Assembly: GCA_004764695.1 (NCBI GenBank) | Contig: SMSO01000031.1 | Coordinates: 6,740,761-6,804,760, forward strand | Length of the DNA: 64,000 nt | Reading direction: 5' to 3' | Source: Schizochytrium sp. TIO01 | Taxonomy: Eukaryota > Protista > Bigyra: Labyrinthulomycetes | Shown here: piece by piece, positions 1-11,413 of the stretch | Layout of the letters: each line of letters starts with the position of its first letter | Numbering within the stretch: the first letter of the stretch is position 1 | Position numbers and translations under genes: made by a program | The notes under the pieces: generated by a model | Database searches by the model: none | Told to the model about the DNA's origin: nothing | The model's input: the letters and a program-made list of their open reading frames with translations, nothing else

Positions 1-205
1 AGTAGCGCAAGCAAGATCTTACTTGCCACGTCAAATCGCGTGCCCCGACTCGGAGTTCTGTCACACTGCCGCTGCAACCATGATCATCGCATTGCGTTGC
101 ATTGCATTTGCATTCAATGCTGTGGCCATGGCAGAGATCGCAGTCATGCTCATCGTCAGGTTCTTTGGGTTGGCGACGCCAAACTTGGAGTTCAAGTTGA
201 AGCAT
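1..205 (-). CDS. Possible 5' part of a Cys/His-rich hypothetical protein, truncated by the window edge
   Basis: Manual translation from ATG at 205: MLQLELQVWRRQPKEPDDEHDCDLCHGHSIECKCNATQCDDHGCSGSVTELRVGARDLTWQVRSCLRY, open to base 1. No recognisable domain. Confidence 0.3.
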   Translation of the reverse strand, partial: MLQLELQVWRRQPKEPDDEHDCDLCHGHSIECKCNATQCDDHGCSGSVTELRVGARDLTWQVRSCLRY

Positions 206-3200
206 CGTTGATGGGGCCGCTCTTTTCACCAGAACGCATGTTTTGGAAGGCACGTGCAGGAACTTTTCTATATTTAGAATATAAAAACGTAGGAAAATAT
301 AGCAGAATAGAGACGAGGGAAAAAAGAAGGCAAGAAAGACCCCATTTTGCTTCAGGTTGAAGATTGGTCTTCAGGCTGGAACTCTCCGCGCTGCAATTTA
401 TTTTTGATCTAGTTTATCTCGCAAGGTCCAGGCTGCTCATCATACACATGAAGATGAACGAGGGATCACATCTGTGTCTTCTGGAGTTTTTAGTTTTTTA
501 TTTTTCAACTTGAGGGTTCTTCAAATAGTACCCACGTACGTACTACCAATGAGCAGGTGCTCTTAAGGTAAATGATAAGTAGGTGGGGCTAGTGCCGTGG
601 GTTCTGGTAAATTTGCAAACCTTTATGTTAGAGTAGGCAATTCTTTGGCAAAATCGAAGGCAATCGAGAGTCGCAGAATAAGCTGAGAATGAAAGGAAGG
701 ATCGCAATTCCAACTCTACACTCATGCTGGCTCTGCACAGGAACCCATGGTCGACCTTGGCATAACAGTTTGACCAGTGACAGGAGAGAGCTTTAAGAAC
801 CGCGAGCTAGGACTGGTTTGGGGGCAATTGAACAGCGTACAGACTAGCAGGCGAGCAAGCACTCGGGTGTAACTTGGATCCTGGTGAGGCGAGCTATAGC
901 AGAGATCTGATACGCTAGTAATGAGGGGCCTCGAGCAGTTTCCAGAGAGTGCCGCTGGTAAAAACTCGAAGGTTCCGCATCTGAACTATGTCCTGACGTT
1001 TTTCCTGAGCGAGTACTGGGAATAGCGACGTTGCAGTCTCCAATGTTCTTATGAGCTACCCTTTGCAACTCGTGTCTTCACTAGTACTAGGTATGTGGAG
1101 TATGAGGCCTTGAGGTACTAGTATTTCACCATACCCTTACGGTGGTGATTGTCTCTTGTCTACCAATCATGCATGGAAGCTGCCAATTATAGTGGATAGC
1201 TTTCAACATGGTGAATGGGCTGCAGAAGCCATTCTCTATCAGTCTGACAAGTCAAGCCAAAAAAGCTGTCAGTGCTGACATGCAGCTGATTCTTCAAGTC
1301 CTTCGCTGATGATACTTTGGACAAATACTTGGATAGGATAACATTTGGATTTGTCAAATTTCATGGTGTGGTGTACAATCGAGCAGATTAAGAACATTCG
1401 GAGACGTTTCCTGCCTGCCTAATACTAACCAAAATGTCAACAGGCAAACAAGCTTGCCAGGATTTCGAGCACCAATGCGAGAACAAGAGAGGCTGTGATG
1501 CGCTAGAGGCAGACGTCATCGACATTGAATGAGACTGCTCGAGACCGTTTGGTTGCTACCAAGGTAACACTATACTAGCACTATACACCAGCTGCATGAA
1601 GTACTTATATGACGAGTTGTGCCTAGATCAGGCTGCCATGATAATAGATTGGCAGCCCACGCACGATTCCAGTGATGAAGGGATTCTTGAGCATTATGTG
1701 CAGATTAATATAGCGCGTGTGCCGAGAGTCACCGGTGTTTGGTCAAGTTTCTATCTAAGGAATGCGGGTCTAGAGCTCTAGTTTTAATTTGCAGCTCATC
1801 GACATTCGATGTTACCGTGGAAGTATTCACAGCCGCAGCTCGATAGATGTCCCCAAGGTCAAATCTACTACAAATAGGCATGAAAATAACTTCAACGTAC
1901 CTGGGGTGATGCTTAGGAACAAAAGTTCACGAGGTAGAGTCATGGCTTTAATCCTCACCATAATGGGAGGAATGTTGGACGTGCTTGTCTTCTTGCAAAG
2001 TTTAGTTGAATAATGCAAGAAAAAAAACTCATTCACTCAATCTAGAGTTCCCGCACAAGTTGCCAAAGTCGAGGCGCATGCATACATTAGGGAAATGTTC
2101 ATTCCTGCCTGCTGTGGTTCCTAACAAATTTGTGGCGTGGTTTTGTTCGGGCAGCTTTCCCGATACCTGGCCTGGCTTGGACCTTGGAGCAGCATTCCCA
2201 AATACAATTACCTTACCCTAAGAAAAGAAATTTCATGTGGTTTCACAGATGTTCTTTACGAAACACCTAACCAAAGTTTATATATTGAAGAACTAATCGA
2301 AATCTAAGAAGCGGACATTCCAATCCTGGGATTGTTCGGGGTCGCCCATGCCATTATCTTCCGCAGTGCATAATTGAAGTTCCTCCTATTGGTCTTTCTA
2401 GCCGGTACGCGAAGCAAGCATTACGTTCGATCAAGTCTATTCTACATGCAATTTTAACTTAGCAATCATCTGCGTCTCGCTTATTCACTGTACGTGGTTA
2501 CAAAGCAGAAACGCGGCAAGATTAAGAGAATTGCTTTGCAGCTCCTGACTCTTGTCATGCAACTTGAACTAGAAGATATCGACTGCAATCTTCATTCTCC
2601 CCCCATACTCCAGGCCTCTGCACCAACCAAATGGTATCTTCCCTTCCACATTACCTGTGTTGGGAACTCTTTGAAGAACGTATCACTGGATGCTCAAAGA
2701 AGATGCCATAGCAGTGAGTCACTCCTGTGAGCGTGCGAGTGCGGACCTGATGGGCGGCCATTGTGCGGACATAGACCTCTACCAAAAGTACACAGCTTTG
2801 TTCACCCAATTTACAGATTTTGGCCCTGCTAGCCGAGGTCTTTCTAGTCTTCTACTAGGGCTACCGCCTCGATAGTAGTTGCCTACTATCTGCTTCTGAG
2901 TCAGAAAGAGACCAATGATTGCCAAGGAAGACACACTCGTGGCCACTATTGTCAGTCGACTGTATATTCATTCTCGTGGACTAATCCAACATCAAATTGT
3001 TGCTTATCTGTCCGCAGCCTGTAGCGAATTAAAGCTGAGGTGTTTGAGTTTGCCACGAACTTCGAACCTTGTAAATATTGTACAGAACATGGCCGGCAAC
3101 TTGAAGCGACTTGGATTCGGGGCGATCTACCAACTTGTGTCGAAGCTTCCTCGCTCACCGATCAGTTCCTGTACTCGTTGTCCTCAAGTTGATGATCTCT

Positions 3201-4183
3201 GAGTCTTCAAGCACTTTCATGACCAATTTTGCCAGCATTATGCTCGCGCCAAAGACCACCGATAGCAGTTGAGCCGGACTAAGTAACTTGCATGGAAAAG
3301 ATTTATGTAGCTCCAAGCTTGCAATTGCGAGGGTCTTCAGGGCGATCGCCTGGGACTGACGTGAATACGCTGCCTTTTATAAAAACCAAGGCTTCAAGAG
3401 AGGGTCCAGCGAGACATTAGGTATGCAACACTTTTCGAACTAGAAATTATGGATGTCTTCACAATTTGTTCTCTGTACCTTCCCTTCGTTTCGAGTAGGC
3501 TTGCAGGATCTCGAGCGAGTGAACCCAGAACTTGAGTCAGCGGGAAGTGAGTGCCAAGGATCTGGAACGCTAGAGCAGAGAAACTTGAACGGCCAACCTC
3601 CTTCTGCAAATCGCCTGAGGGTCATCACTGCTACGAGTAGGTATTGGATGTGCAATTCCCCACCATTATGTTGCGAAATGACGTCTAACGCTTAGAAGCG
3701 CTTAGAAGCGAGACCAGTGAGAGCGATGGGATGGGGTTTGTACCATGATAAGTTCGACACACGGTTATCTTCATGGCGTTTCGAGTAGAGACAATGAGTG
3801 CGAGTATGAGTGTTTCCTGCCAGTGCTGAACTTCTTCTCCTAGCTAGAAAAACAATCTGGTTCTAGGCTTCGGGAACTCAGGGAAAGAACAACTTGAAGA
3901 TGCAACAAGATAAAGTACACCGTGCAGCGTTTCTCGATAAGCTTAGGTATATGATGCTACTGAAAGCCTCTCGATCGGGTACCTTAAGAGGTAAGCTGTT
4001 AGCGGATGGTAGTACAAACCCACACGTTCTTCTTTTATTCGAGATAGACCTGGCAGTCCTATCGGAAGAAACAGAATGCAAGCAATTATCACTAACCAAA
4101 ACCAAAAGCAAGTTATAGAAAGCAAATCCCAAAGGTGCTGTTTCCGAATTTGCTTTGTGAGTCAAAGAACTAGAGAGTGAATC

Positions 4184-5278
4184 ATGCCACGAACCTCTAC
4201 GGTCATTGGCATCACTATCGTTGTGCTTGCAGCGATTCTAGGTGTCTTCATCCATGATCCGTGGTTGACAATTGAGTTGCTGCCCTCACCATTTGGCATG
4301 ATCATGTATGGAGTGGTCACTGGGTCATTCCCACCAATGTTTGATTCATCAGCGATCTCCAATACAACTCGCTTTGACATGTGGGTCAAGCCTGGGGATG
4401 TGCTTGTTTGCACTTGCTTCAAGTGCGGAACAACTTGGACCATGAACATCGTGCATCAGTTGCGCGCTTATCACAATGCTACTTTGGCAGAAAAATTTGA
4501 AGACATTTCAGACGCAGTACCTTGGCCTCTCCTGCGCCCTGGACCTCGAGAGGGGTTTAACGAGATGCTTGAAATGTTAGATGAGCGCGAAGAGTGGTGG
4601 AATCACGAATCATACCCATACCGTGCCTGGAAAACGCAAGTATTGCCCGAAGGAACGGACAAAAAGTCAATGTTCGATGCCAACGTTCCGCTTCGAAGAG
4701 ATTTGCGTTACATCGTAGCAGTGAGAGACCCAGCAGAACAGATTGAGTCTGGCCTGCATCATTTCAGAAATCTCGGCCCTCGTCTCTCCCGCTGGGGCTT
4801 CTTCGAATTTCCAATTTGGGGAATGAAGCTGATGCTACGCCACCAAGGTGCAGCAAGTTTTCTGCAGGGCTGGCGAGATCATCTATATGAACCCAACGTC
4901 TTCCTCATGCACTACAAAGATCTAAAGAAAGACACCGAAGCACACCTTCGCCGCCTGGCAGATTTTCTTGAACTTAGTATTCCGGAAGAAGCATGGCCAG
5001 ACATTCTGCGCCGTGTGGGAATCAAATTTATGCGAGAGAATCAGTCTCGTTTTCAATATAGGTTTGAATCGAAATCAGGGAATCGAGAGGAGGTCTCCGA
5101 GTTTGTAAGGGGCCACAATAAGACCCATTTTCTCACTCGCGATGAGGCTATAGATTATCGCGAAAGCCTTCGTGGTACCGTCGATGAAGATGTATTTGAG
5201 TATGCTGCGCATGGCGGCTATGGCCTGCGGGACCAGCTCATCTCCACTGCAGCTGCAAAGTCAGAAGCATCGCCATAA
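4184..5278 (+). CDS. Signal-anchored sulfotransferase-family protein, copy 1 (364 aa)
   Basis: N-terminal hydrophobic helix VIGITIVVLAAILGVFI; 5'-PSB-like PGDVLVCTCFKCGTTW; 3'-PB-like RDPAEQIES; NVFLMHYKDLKKD...LRRLADFL, typical of the Sulfotransfer_1 fold. Confidence 0.9.
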   Translation: MPRTSTVIGITIVVLAAILGVFIHDPWLTIELLPSPFGMIMYGVVTGSFPPMFDSSAISNTTRFDMWVKPGDVLVCTCFKCGTTWTMNIVHQLRAYHNATLAEKFEDISDAVPWPLLRPGPREGFNEMLEMLDEREEWWNHESYPYRAWKTQVLPEGTDKKSMFDANVPLRRDLRYIVAVRDPAEQIESGLHHFRNLGPRLSRWGFFEFPIWGMKLMLRHQGAASFLQGWRDHLYEPNVFLMHYKDLKKDTEAHLRRLADFLELSIPEEAWPDILRRVGIKFMRENQSRFQYRFESKSGNREEVSEFVRGHNKTHFLTRDEAIDYRESLRGTVDEDVFEYAAHGGYGLRDQLISTAAAKSEASP

Positions 5279-6563
5279 CAATAATACTATAATATCTTAG
5301 AAATTATAAATTGATTTTGATTGTGTTTGGGGAGCATAGGTACAATAAGCAAATAGATAAGGTATAGATCAAGACATACGGCCGTGCTGTAGTTCAATGC
5401 GCTACCATAATTTTGCTCTCCTCACTTGGCTAAATTAAACTAGAGTGGCGCTGTGCGTTTTCTTTAAATTAACGACTAGATTGAACCTTCACTTAGATAA
5501 ATCTAGATTCCTCCTTTGAGATTGCAGAGGCGGAAATAGAGCAGAGCCTCTCCAGAAAAGTATACAAAGCGGTACAAGAAGCAGAAAATATAATTTCAGA
5601 CGTCGCTGTAACGTTATGTTATCCTAACACGCTCTTTACCAATCTTCGGAGTTAGAACAGATTATTCCAGCGAAGGCCTCAACCTACGAAGCAGCAACAA
5701 CATTTGTGCAAAGCATAACCGCCATGCTTACCTTTGATTCCAGTAGTTACTTGCCTTGGTGAGTACCTAGGTAGTACCTACAGAAAGTTCCTCGTAACCT
5801 CACATAGTGTCATGGTGCTAAGTGTGTACGTACCACCGTCTATCTTAATAAATAATCTGACCTGTTGGAACTTAAAGATTGGCTGGTTCATCGAGGCAAT
5901 GAATAACGAAGCTTCTGTCCAAGTTGGTTGGTACATAAACTTTGAAGAGGACTTGCCTAGCTACCACGCTCGGACGTGACGCGCCTTGAAGAGAGTTCTT
6001 GACACCCACCGATGTATGTTTGTGTGAGCCGGAGCTTCGAAGATTCCTTGCGAGTGTTTGCAATGCTGTTGTTCAGGACTGGCAAGATCAAGACTAGTTG
6101 ATAGTGGACTTGGATTCCTCACCTATCTTGAAGTTGATTGAACATTAATAAGTAGGAGGAGATTCTATTGATGGTATCCTTTGAGATTTTGTATTAGTTA
6201 ATTCAGTCATTGACTATGCCTTTAGACGGGCAACAAGAACTCGTGTAAGAGCAAAGCTCACAGCTGTAGGGCGTTTTCTTTAGATAAACAACAATACTAG
6301 AAAGCATTTAGGTACCTAGTACTTCAATATTCAGAAAGAAGGTGCAACATTATCGAATAAAGGTCGACCCTGAAACATCCATGAGTTATTGTTAACATTG
6401 GGCAGTGGTTCTTCTGCTTGTGTCAACGAAATACTATGTAAAGCTCAATCTAGCCAAGCTATTTACAATAGCAAAACCCGAATCGTGATTCAACATTTGG
6501 CGAATAGCCTGGACAAGGTGGAGAAGACAGTATCTTATAAGGCAACAAAAGGCCAACTCCAGC

Positions 6564-7656
6564 ATGAGCCGGTACATGGCTTTTCTAAGTGTTTCCGCCG
6601 TGATTGTGGCGGTGCTCACTGGCGTCTTTGTAAACGACCCATGGCTAGCTATTGAAATATTACCCGCACCACTGGGCATGTTCATCTATGGCTTCATTAC
6701 AAAGAACTTCCCTCCCATGATGGATTTAAGTGTAATAAAAAATGAGACTCGTTTCAACATGTATGTGCAGCCTGGTGACGTTCTCATTTCCTCTTGTTTT
6801 AAGTGTGGCACTACCTGGACCATGAACATCGTGCATCAGCTGCGTGCCTGGAACAATGAGACGCTTGCTGAAGGGTTTTCAGACATAACAGATGTTGTCC
6901 CATGGCCTATTCAACGCCCTGCACCACGTCAGGGTTTTGAAGAAATGATGGAGCTGCTGCAGAAAAAGAATGAATGGTGGAATCATAAAACATATCCGTA
7001 TCGTGCCTTTAAGCTTCACTTTTTACCTGAGAAGAGTAACGTGAAATCTGTATTTAAGCCTCTGCTACCTCTAAGAAGCGATCTTCGTTATATTGTGGTG
7101 GTGCGAGATCCAGCAGAACAGATTGAATCAGGTCTTCATCACTTTCGCAACTTTGCTCCGCGTCTTGCCAAATGGGGAATGATCCAATTGCCAATATGGC
7201 TCACGAAAATTATGCTGAAGAAACAAAGCTCTGCAGTTCACTTACAAGGCTGGCGGGATGAGCTTGCAGAAGCTAACGTTTTTCTCCTTCACTACACTGA
7301 CCTAAAAGACGATACAGAAACCCTGGCTTCGACGCCTCGCCAAATTTCTTGAGCTTGATATTCCAGAAGACGCATGGCCCTTGATCCTTCGTCGCGTCGG
7401 CCTGAAATCAATGCGTGACAACCAAGACAAATTTCAGTACAGACTTGGAACAGAAGGTGATGATACGGAAAAGGTCGTGGAGTTTGTGAGAGGTCACAAC
7501 AATACCCACTTTTTGACGCGTGATGAAGCTGTACAATACCGCAATGAGCTCAGAAATACCGTTGATAAGGATATCTTTGAGTATGTTGTTCATGGTGGAG
7601 ACAAGCTTCGTAATGATTTAATTTCTGTCGCTGCAAGAAAACGTGCGGTTCCCTAG
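6564..7656 (+). pseudogene. Sulfotransferase-family copy 2 with a +1 frameshift (pseudogene or sequencing error)
   Basis: ORFs 6564-7352 and 7381-7656 join into one 363-aa paralogue if one C of CCC at 7321-7323 is removed (copy 3 has GAAACCTGG, copy 2 GAAACCCTGG). The corrected length, 1092 nt, equals copy 3. Confidence 0.85.
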
Positions 7657-8783
7657 AGTAGTGAAAGCAAATTATGCATTTCACTTGCATCTTTCAATCT
7701 GCGTGGACTTTTCCTCGTATAGGTTTTGCAAATTCGCTTCCTATCGTGGAAATCTATCAAACAATGCGTGCTTTTTTTGGGCAAGAGACACGAACATGAC
7801 ACCCAGGATATTGGACACGTCTATGAGCTTTCTACAAACTCCTTGCACTAATTGTTCTACCAGCAATCAGTTTTGCATGAAGGACGGTTCTGTTGCAAAG
7901 TCCAGGCTTCATAATATTAGATTTCTGCCCAGCATATTCTGTACGCTCCGCACCCGTCTTAGAACTTCAGACAGATAAGCTACTGCCAAGACATCATCAC
8001 TACTTTTATGCTCACCTTTTTATGCTCACCTTGTCCGGCTCGTAGGTGCGGTCCTTAACCAAAGTTAGGTTTTGTTCTAAGATGTTTCATATGCTGAACT
8101 AAAAGCGGCCACTAAGGGTATACCCTGGGTGTTCAAAGATCTTTACTAGGGCAGATAAGTATTTTAATCAGGTTACACATAGGGTTCTCAGGTTCTTTGC
8201 TGTGACACAATGCGAAAAGAACTTCGTCATTTTTGTTTCTATTGGTATTGCCGTATCCGAAAAAGTGAAAAATTACGGTGCAAAGATTATATATGTACGA
8301 GAGCCGCAACGTCTCGATCACAGAGAGAATATAACTTAGCAGCTTGTTACCTAACACTGTTGTCTGTAGTCATCCATAGAGTCACTCAGACATGATTAAG
8401 CAGGTCCGCAGACTGTGTGTAGTACATACTGTTTAAAAAAATTATGAACTCTATATTGAACTCGTTCTTCTTGTCTTTTCTAATCTTAAAAAAAATGTTG
8501 TTTAACTCCTACTCGTGGTACGTACTTCGTTAGTACAAATTTTTGAGTAACTTTCTCGCACTTGGAAGTCCCTTTGTATATTAATAAATGATGGAGGCTA
8601 GAAGAGCCTATGAACGAAGAACATTCATGCATGTACAATTAAAATAAAGATCAAAGTTCATTGCCACCTGCAGAAAGCAAAACCAAACCGTGCTCTGGTG
8701 GGCAGAGCAATAACAGCGCATGCGCGAAGAGACACCAGGAGATAATACGCAACGTATCGTGCGACAAGCAAGCGTTAGGAGAA

Positions 8784-9875
8784 ATGGGTAGAGCTATGCT
8801 CTTTGTTGGCGCCGGCGCCGTTGTCCTTGCGGTATTCTCAGGCGTATATGCTAACGACCCTTGGCTTGCCATTGAGACGCTTCCGGTGCCGTTTGGGATA
8901 ATTGTGTATGGCATCTTTTCGGGGGAATTCCCTCCTTTGTTTGACCTGAGCGCAATCACAAATCGCACTCGCTTCGAAATGTATGTGAAGCCTGGTGATG
9001 TGGCAATTGCATCTTGTTTTAAATGTGGCACTACCTGGACTATGAACATCGTTCATCAATTGCGTGCCTGGAACAACAAAACGCTTGCTGAGGGTTTTGA
9101 AGACATTACAGATGTTGTCCCATGGCCTATTCAACGTCCTGCACCTCGTGAGGGCTTTCAAGAGATGTTTGATTCGCTTCAAAAGCGCAAGGAGTGGTGG
9201 GACCATGAGTCGTATCCGTATCGTGCCTTTAAGTTTCAGGTATTGCCTGAAGGTAGCAACATGAAATCTATGCACAAGGCCCAAATACCCATGAGAAAGG
9301 ATCTTCGATACATTGTGGTTGTAAGAGACCCTGCAGAACAAATTGAATCAGGCCTTCATCACTTTCGCAACCTAGCTCCACGCCTTTCTCGATGGGGCAT
9401 GATGGAAATGCCTCTTTTTGTTATGAAGAAAATGCTTAAGATGCAAGGCTCAGCAGCTTACTTGCAAGGTTGGCGGGATGAGCTTGCTGAGCCTAATGTT
9501 TTTCTTATGCACTACGCGGACCTTAAAAAGGATACAGAAACCTGGCTTCGACGCCTCGCCAGATTTCTTGAGCTTGATATTCCGGAAGACGCATGGCCTT
9601 TGATCCTTCGTCGCGTCGGCCTGAAATCAATGCGTGACAACCAAGACAAGTACCAATACAGACTTGAAACCGAAGGTGGTGGCAAAGAAAAAGTGGTTGA
9701 GTTTGTGAGAGGCCACAACAAGACTCACTTTTTGACACGTGACGAAGCTGTAGAATACCGCAATGACCTCGCAAGCACTGTTGATAAGGATGTATTCGAG
9801 TATCTTGTCCACGGTGGAGATGATCTTCGAAATGAATTGATTGCTACCGCTGCTGCGAAGAGGGCCTCTCCTTAG
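8784..9875 (+). CDS. Signal-anchored sulfotransferase-family protein, copy 3 (363 aa)
   Basis: First ATG (MGRAML) aligns with paralogue starts; SCFKCGTTW, RDPAEQIES and FVRGHNKTHF motifs shared with the other copies. Confidence 0.9.
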   Translation: MGRAMLFVGAGAVVLAVFSGVYANDPWLAIETLPVPFGIIVYGIFSGEFPPLFDLSAITNRTRFEMYVKPGDVAIASCFKCGTTWTMNIVHQLRAWNNKTLAEGFEDITDVVPWPIQRPAPREGFQEMFDSLQKRKEWWDHESYPYRAFKFQVLPEGSNMKSMHKAQIPMRKDLRYIVVVRDPAEQIESGLHHFRNLAPRLSRWGMMEMPLFVMKKMLKMQGSAAYLQGWRDELAEPNVFLMHYADLKKDTETWLRRLARFLELDIPEDAWPLILRRVGLKSMRDNQDKYQYRLETEGGGKEKVVEFVRGHNKTHFLTRDEAVEYRNDLASTVDKDVFEYLVHGGDDLRNELIATAAAKRASP

Positions 9876-11413
9876 TCAAAATCTAAGTAAATTGAAAATA
9901 AAATTTGGTGTGACCCTATTGTTTGCTCTTTAACTTTCGGAGATCATTTGCTTAGTGTACGAATCCTCTCGTCAACGTTTGAACTTTCCTATTATTTACT
10001 TGAAGGTTATATAAAATATACATATTTTTTTGGTTTGAGTATGGAGCATAGCAGGATTCCATTCAGTGCTATACTCCGCCCATTTAAAGCTCTATACGTG
10101 GTACATATTTTCTCTTTTAGGGGGCATACGCTCGTGCAAGTTGGAAACATTGAAGTCCCAAGTTTGGGGTTATGATACTCTAGATCAGTCTAACGCTTCC
10201 AGTTGATACATACACCATGATTATTCTTCATGCCTGAACAGTTTGTTATTATATTTCTCGCTTGTCAACTAGCCAGGATCCCTCTTTAGCGAAATGGAAA
10301 GAGGCAAACATATATGCTGATGTGGGCTTTTACCCACTGTTGAGAGTGGTGGGTGCCCGGTAACGAACCTTGATACTACAGCTACTGTGCCTGCCAATCT
10401 ACAACGGTTTTCCCAAGCAAACGGATTGGTACGAGTTACACTAACTAGTGAGAGCAGAGCCTGTTCTAAATTTTGTGCTTTAAGGAAGCGACCAACCCAC
10501 AAAAGTTATGGCATCATATAACTCGGCTAAATGTGTAGATAGCGACAGAACGAGTTGGAGTGAGAAGGCGAGTGCCACTTTCACACGATCTCTTATTATG
10601 AATATTAAAAAAAATCGACATATGCCTTAATTTGCACGGCGGGGAGAGGTGTCCTACAAGAGCAAAATAGGTACCATTCACTTTTGCTTGAATCGTCCAA
10701 TCTTTATACTCTATCGTAATTTGGAATCCAATCGGATACTTCTTCTCCACGCGTAGATATCGAAGATATCTTTACCGGACGATCATTCTGACCTAAGTCC
10801 GAGGTCCGTGCATTGCCTTCCAGTCGCAATCAAATTCCTGGTCCTACAGGTACTAGTTGTTCTAGGCTACTTGTATCGTTTTTCATCTTGAGTGCGCAGC
10901 AAATTGGTAGAACTCTCTTGTTTATGGTACTTTGAAGATTTTTTCTGACGTTCTTCACGGGCACAGCGAACATTCCACTGAAATACAAATTTAACACCAA
11001 AATGCACCATTGCTGATATATATTGCATATCTTCTTGCTATTGCGCCTGGATCTCTCTCATTGATTATTTCCATCAGGTCGAGCCCCCGTCTTTGGTTCA
11101 AAGGTACCTTGGGATCAATCTTGTATGGAAATGTGATATTTGTTGATTGATTGAAGTTGTATGTATATGCTCCTGTAGGTGACTGCTAGTTCCTTATAAT
11201 AATTAACTTTATGCTGGGTGCTTCATGTCACAACTATAAAAAGAAAAGAACTTCGTGCGTTGCTTTGAAGTTGATTTTTCTTTTTCAGGCCATTGCAAAG
11301 CCTGCAAGCTTGCAGCAAAACCGCAACTAGCTAAACCACTGAATTGGCTGGTTGGCCGTTGCGTGCATGTGTGAATCAAGTAGTTCTCGCGTGCATTGAA
11401 AGATTCTATGAGA

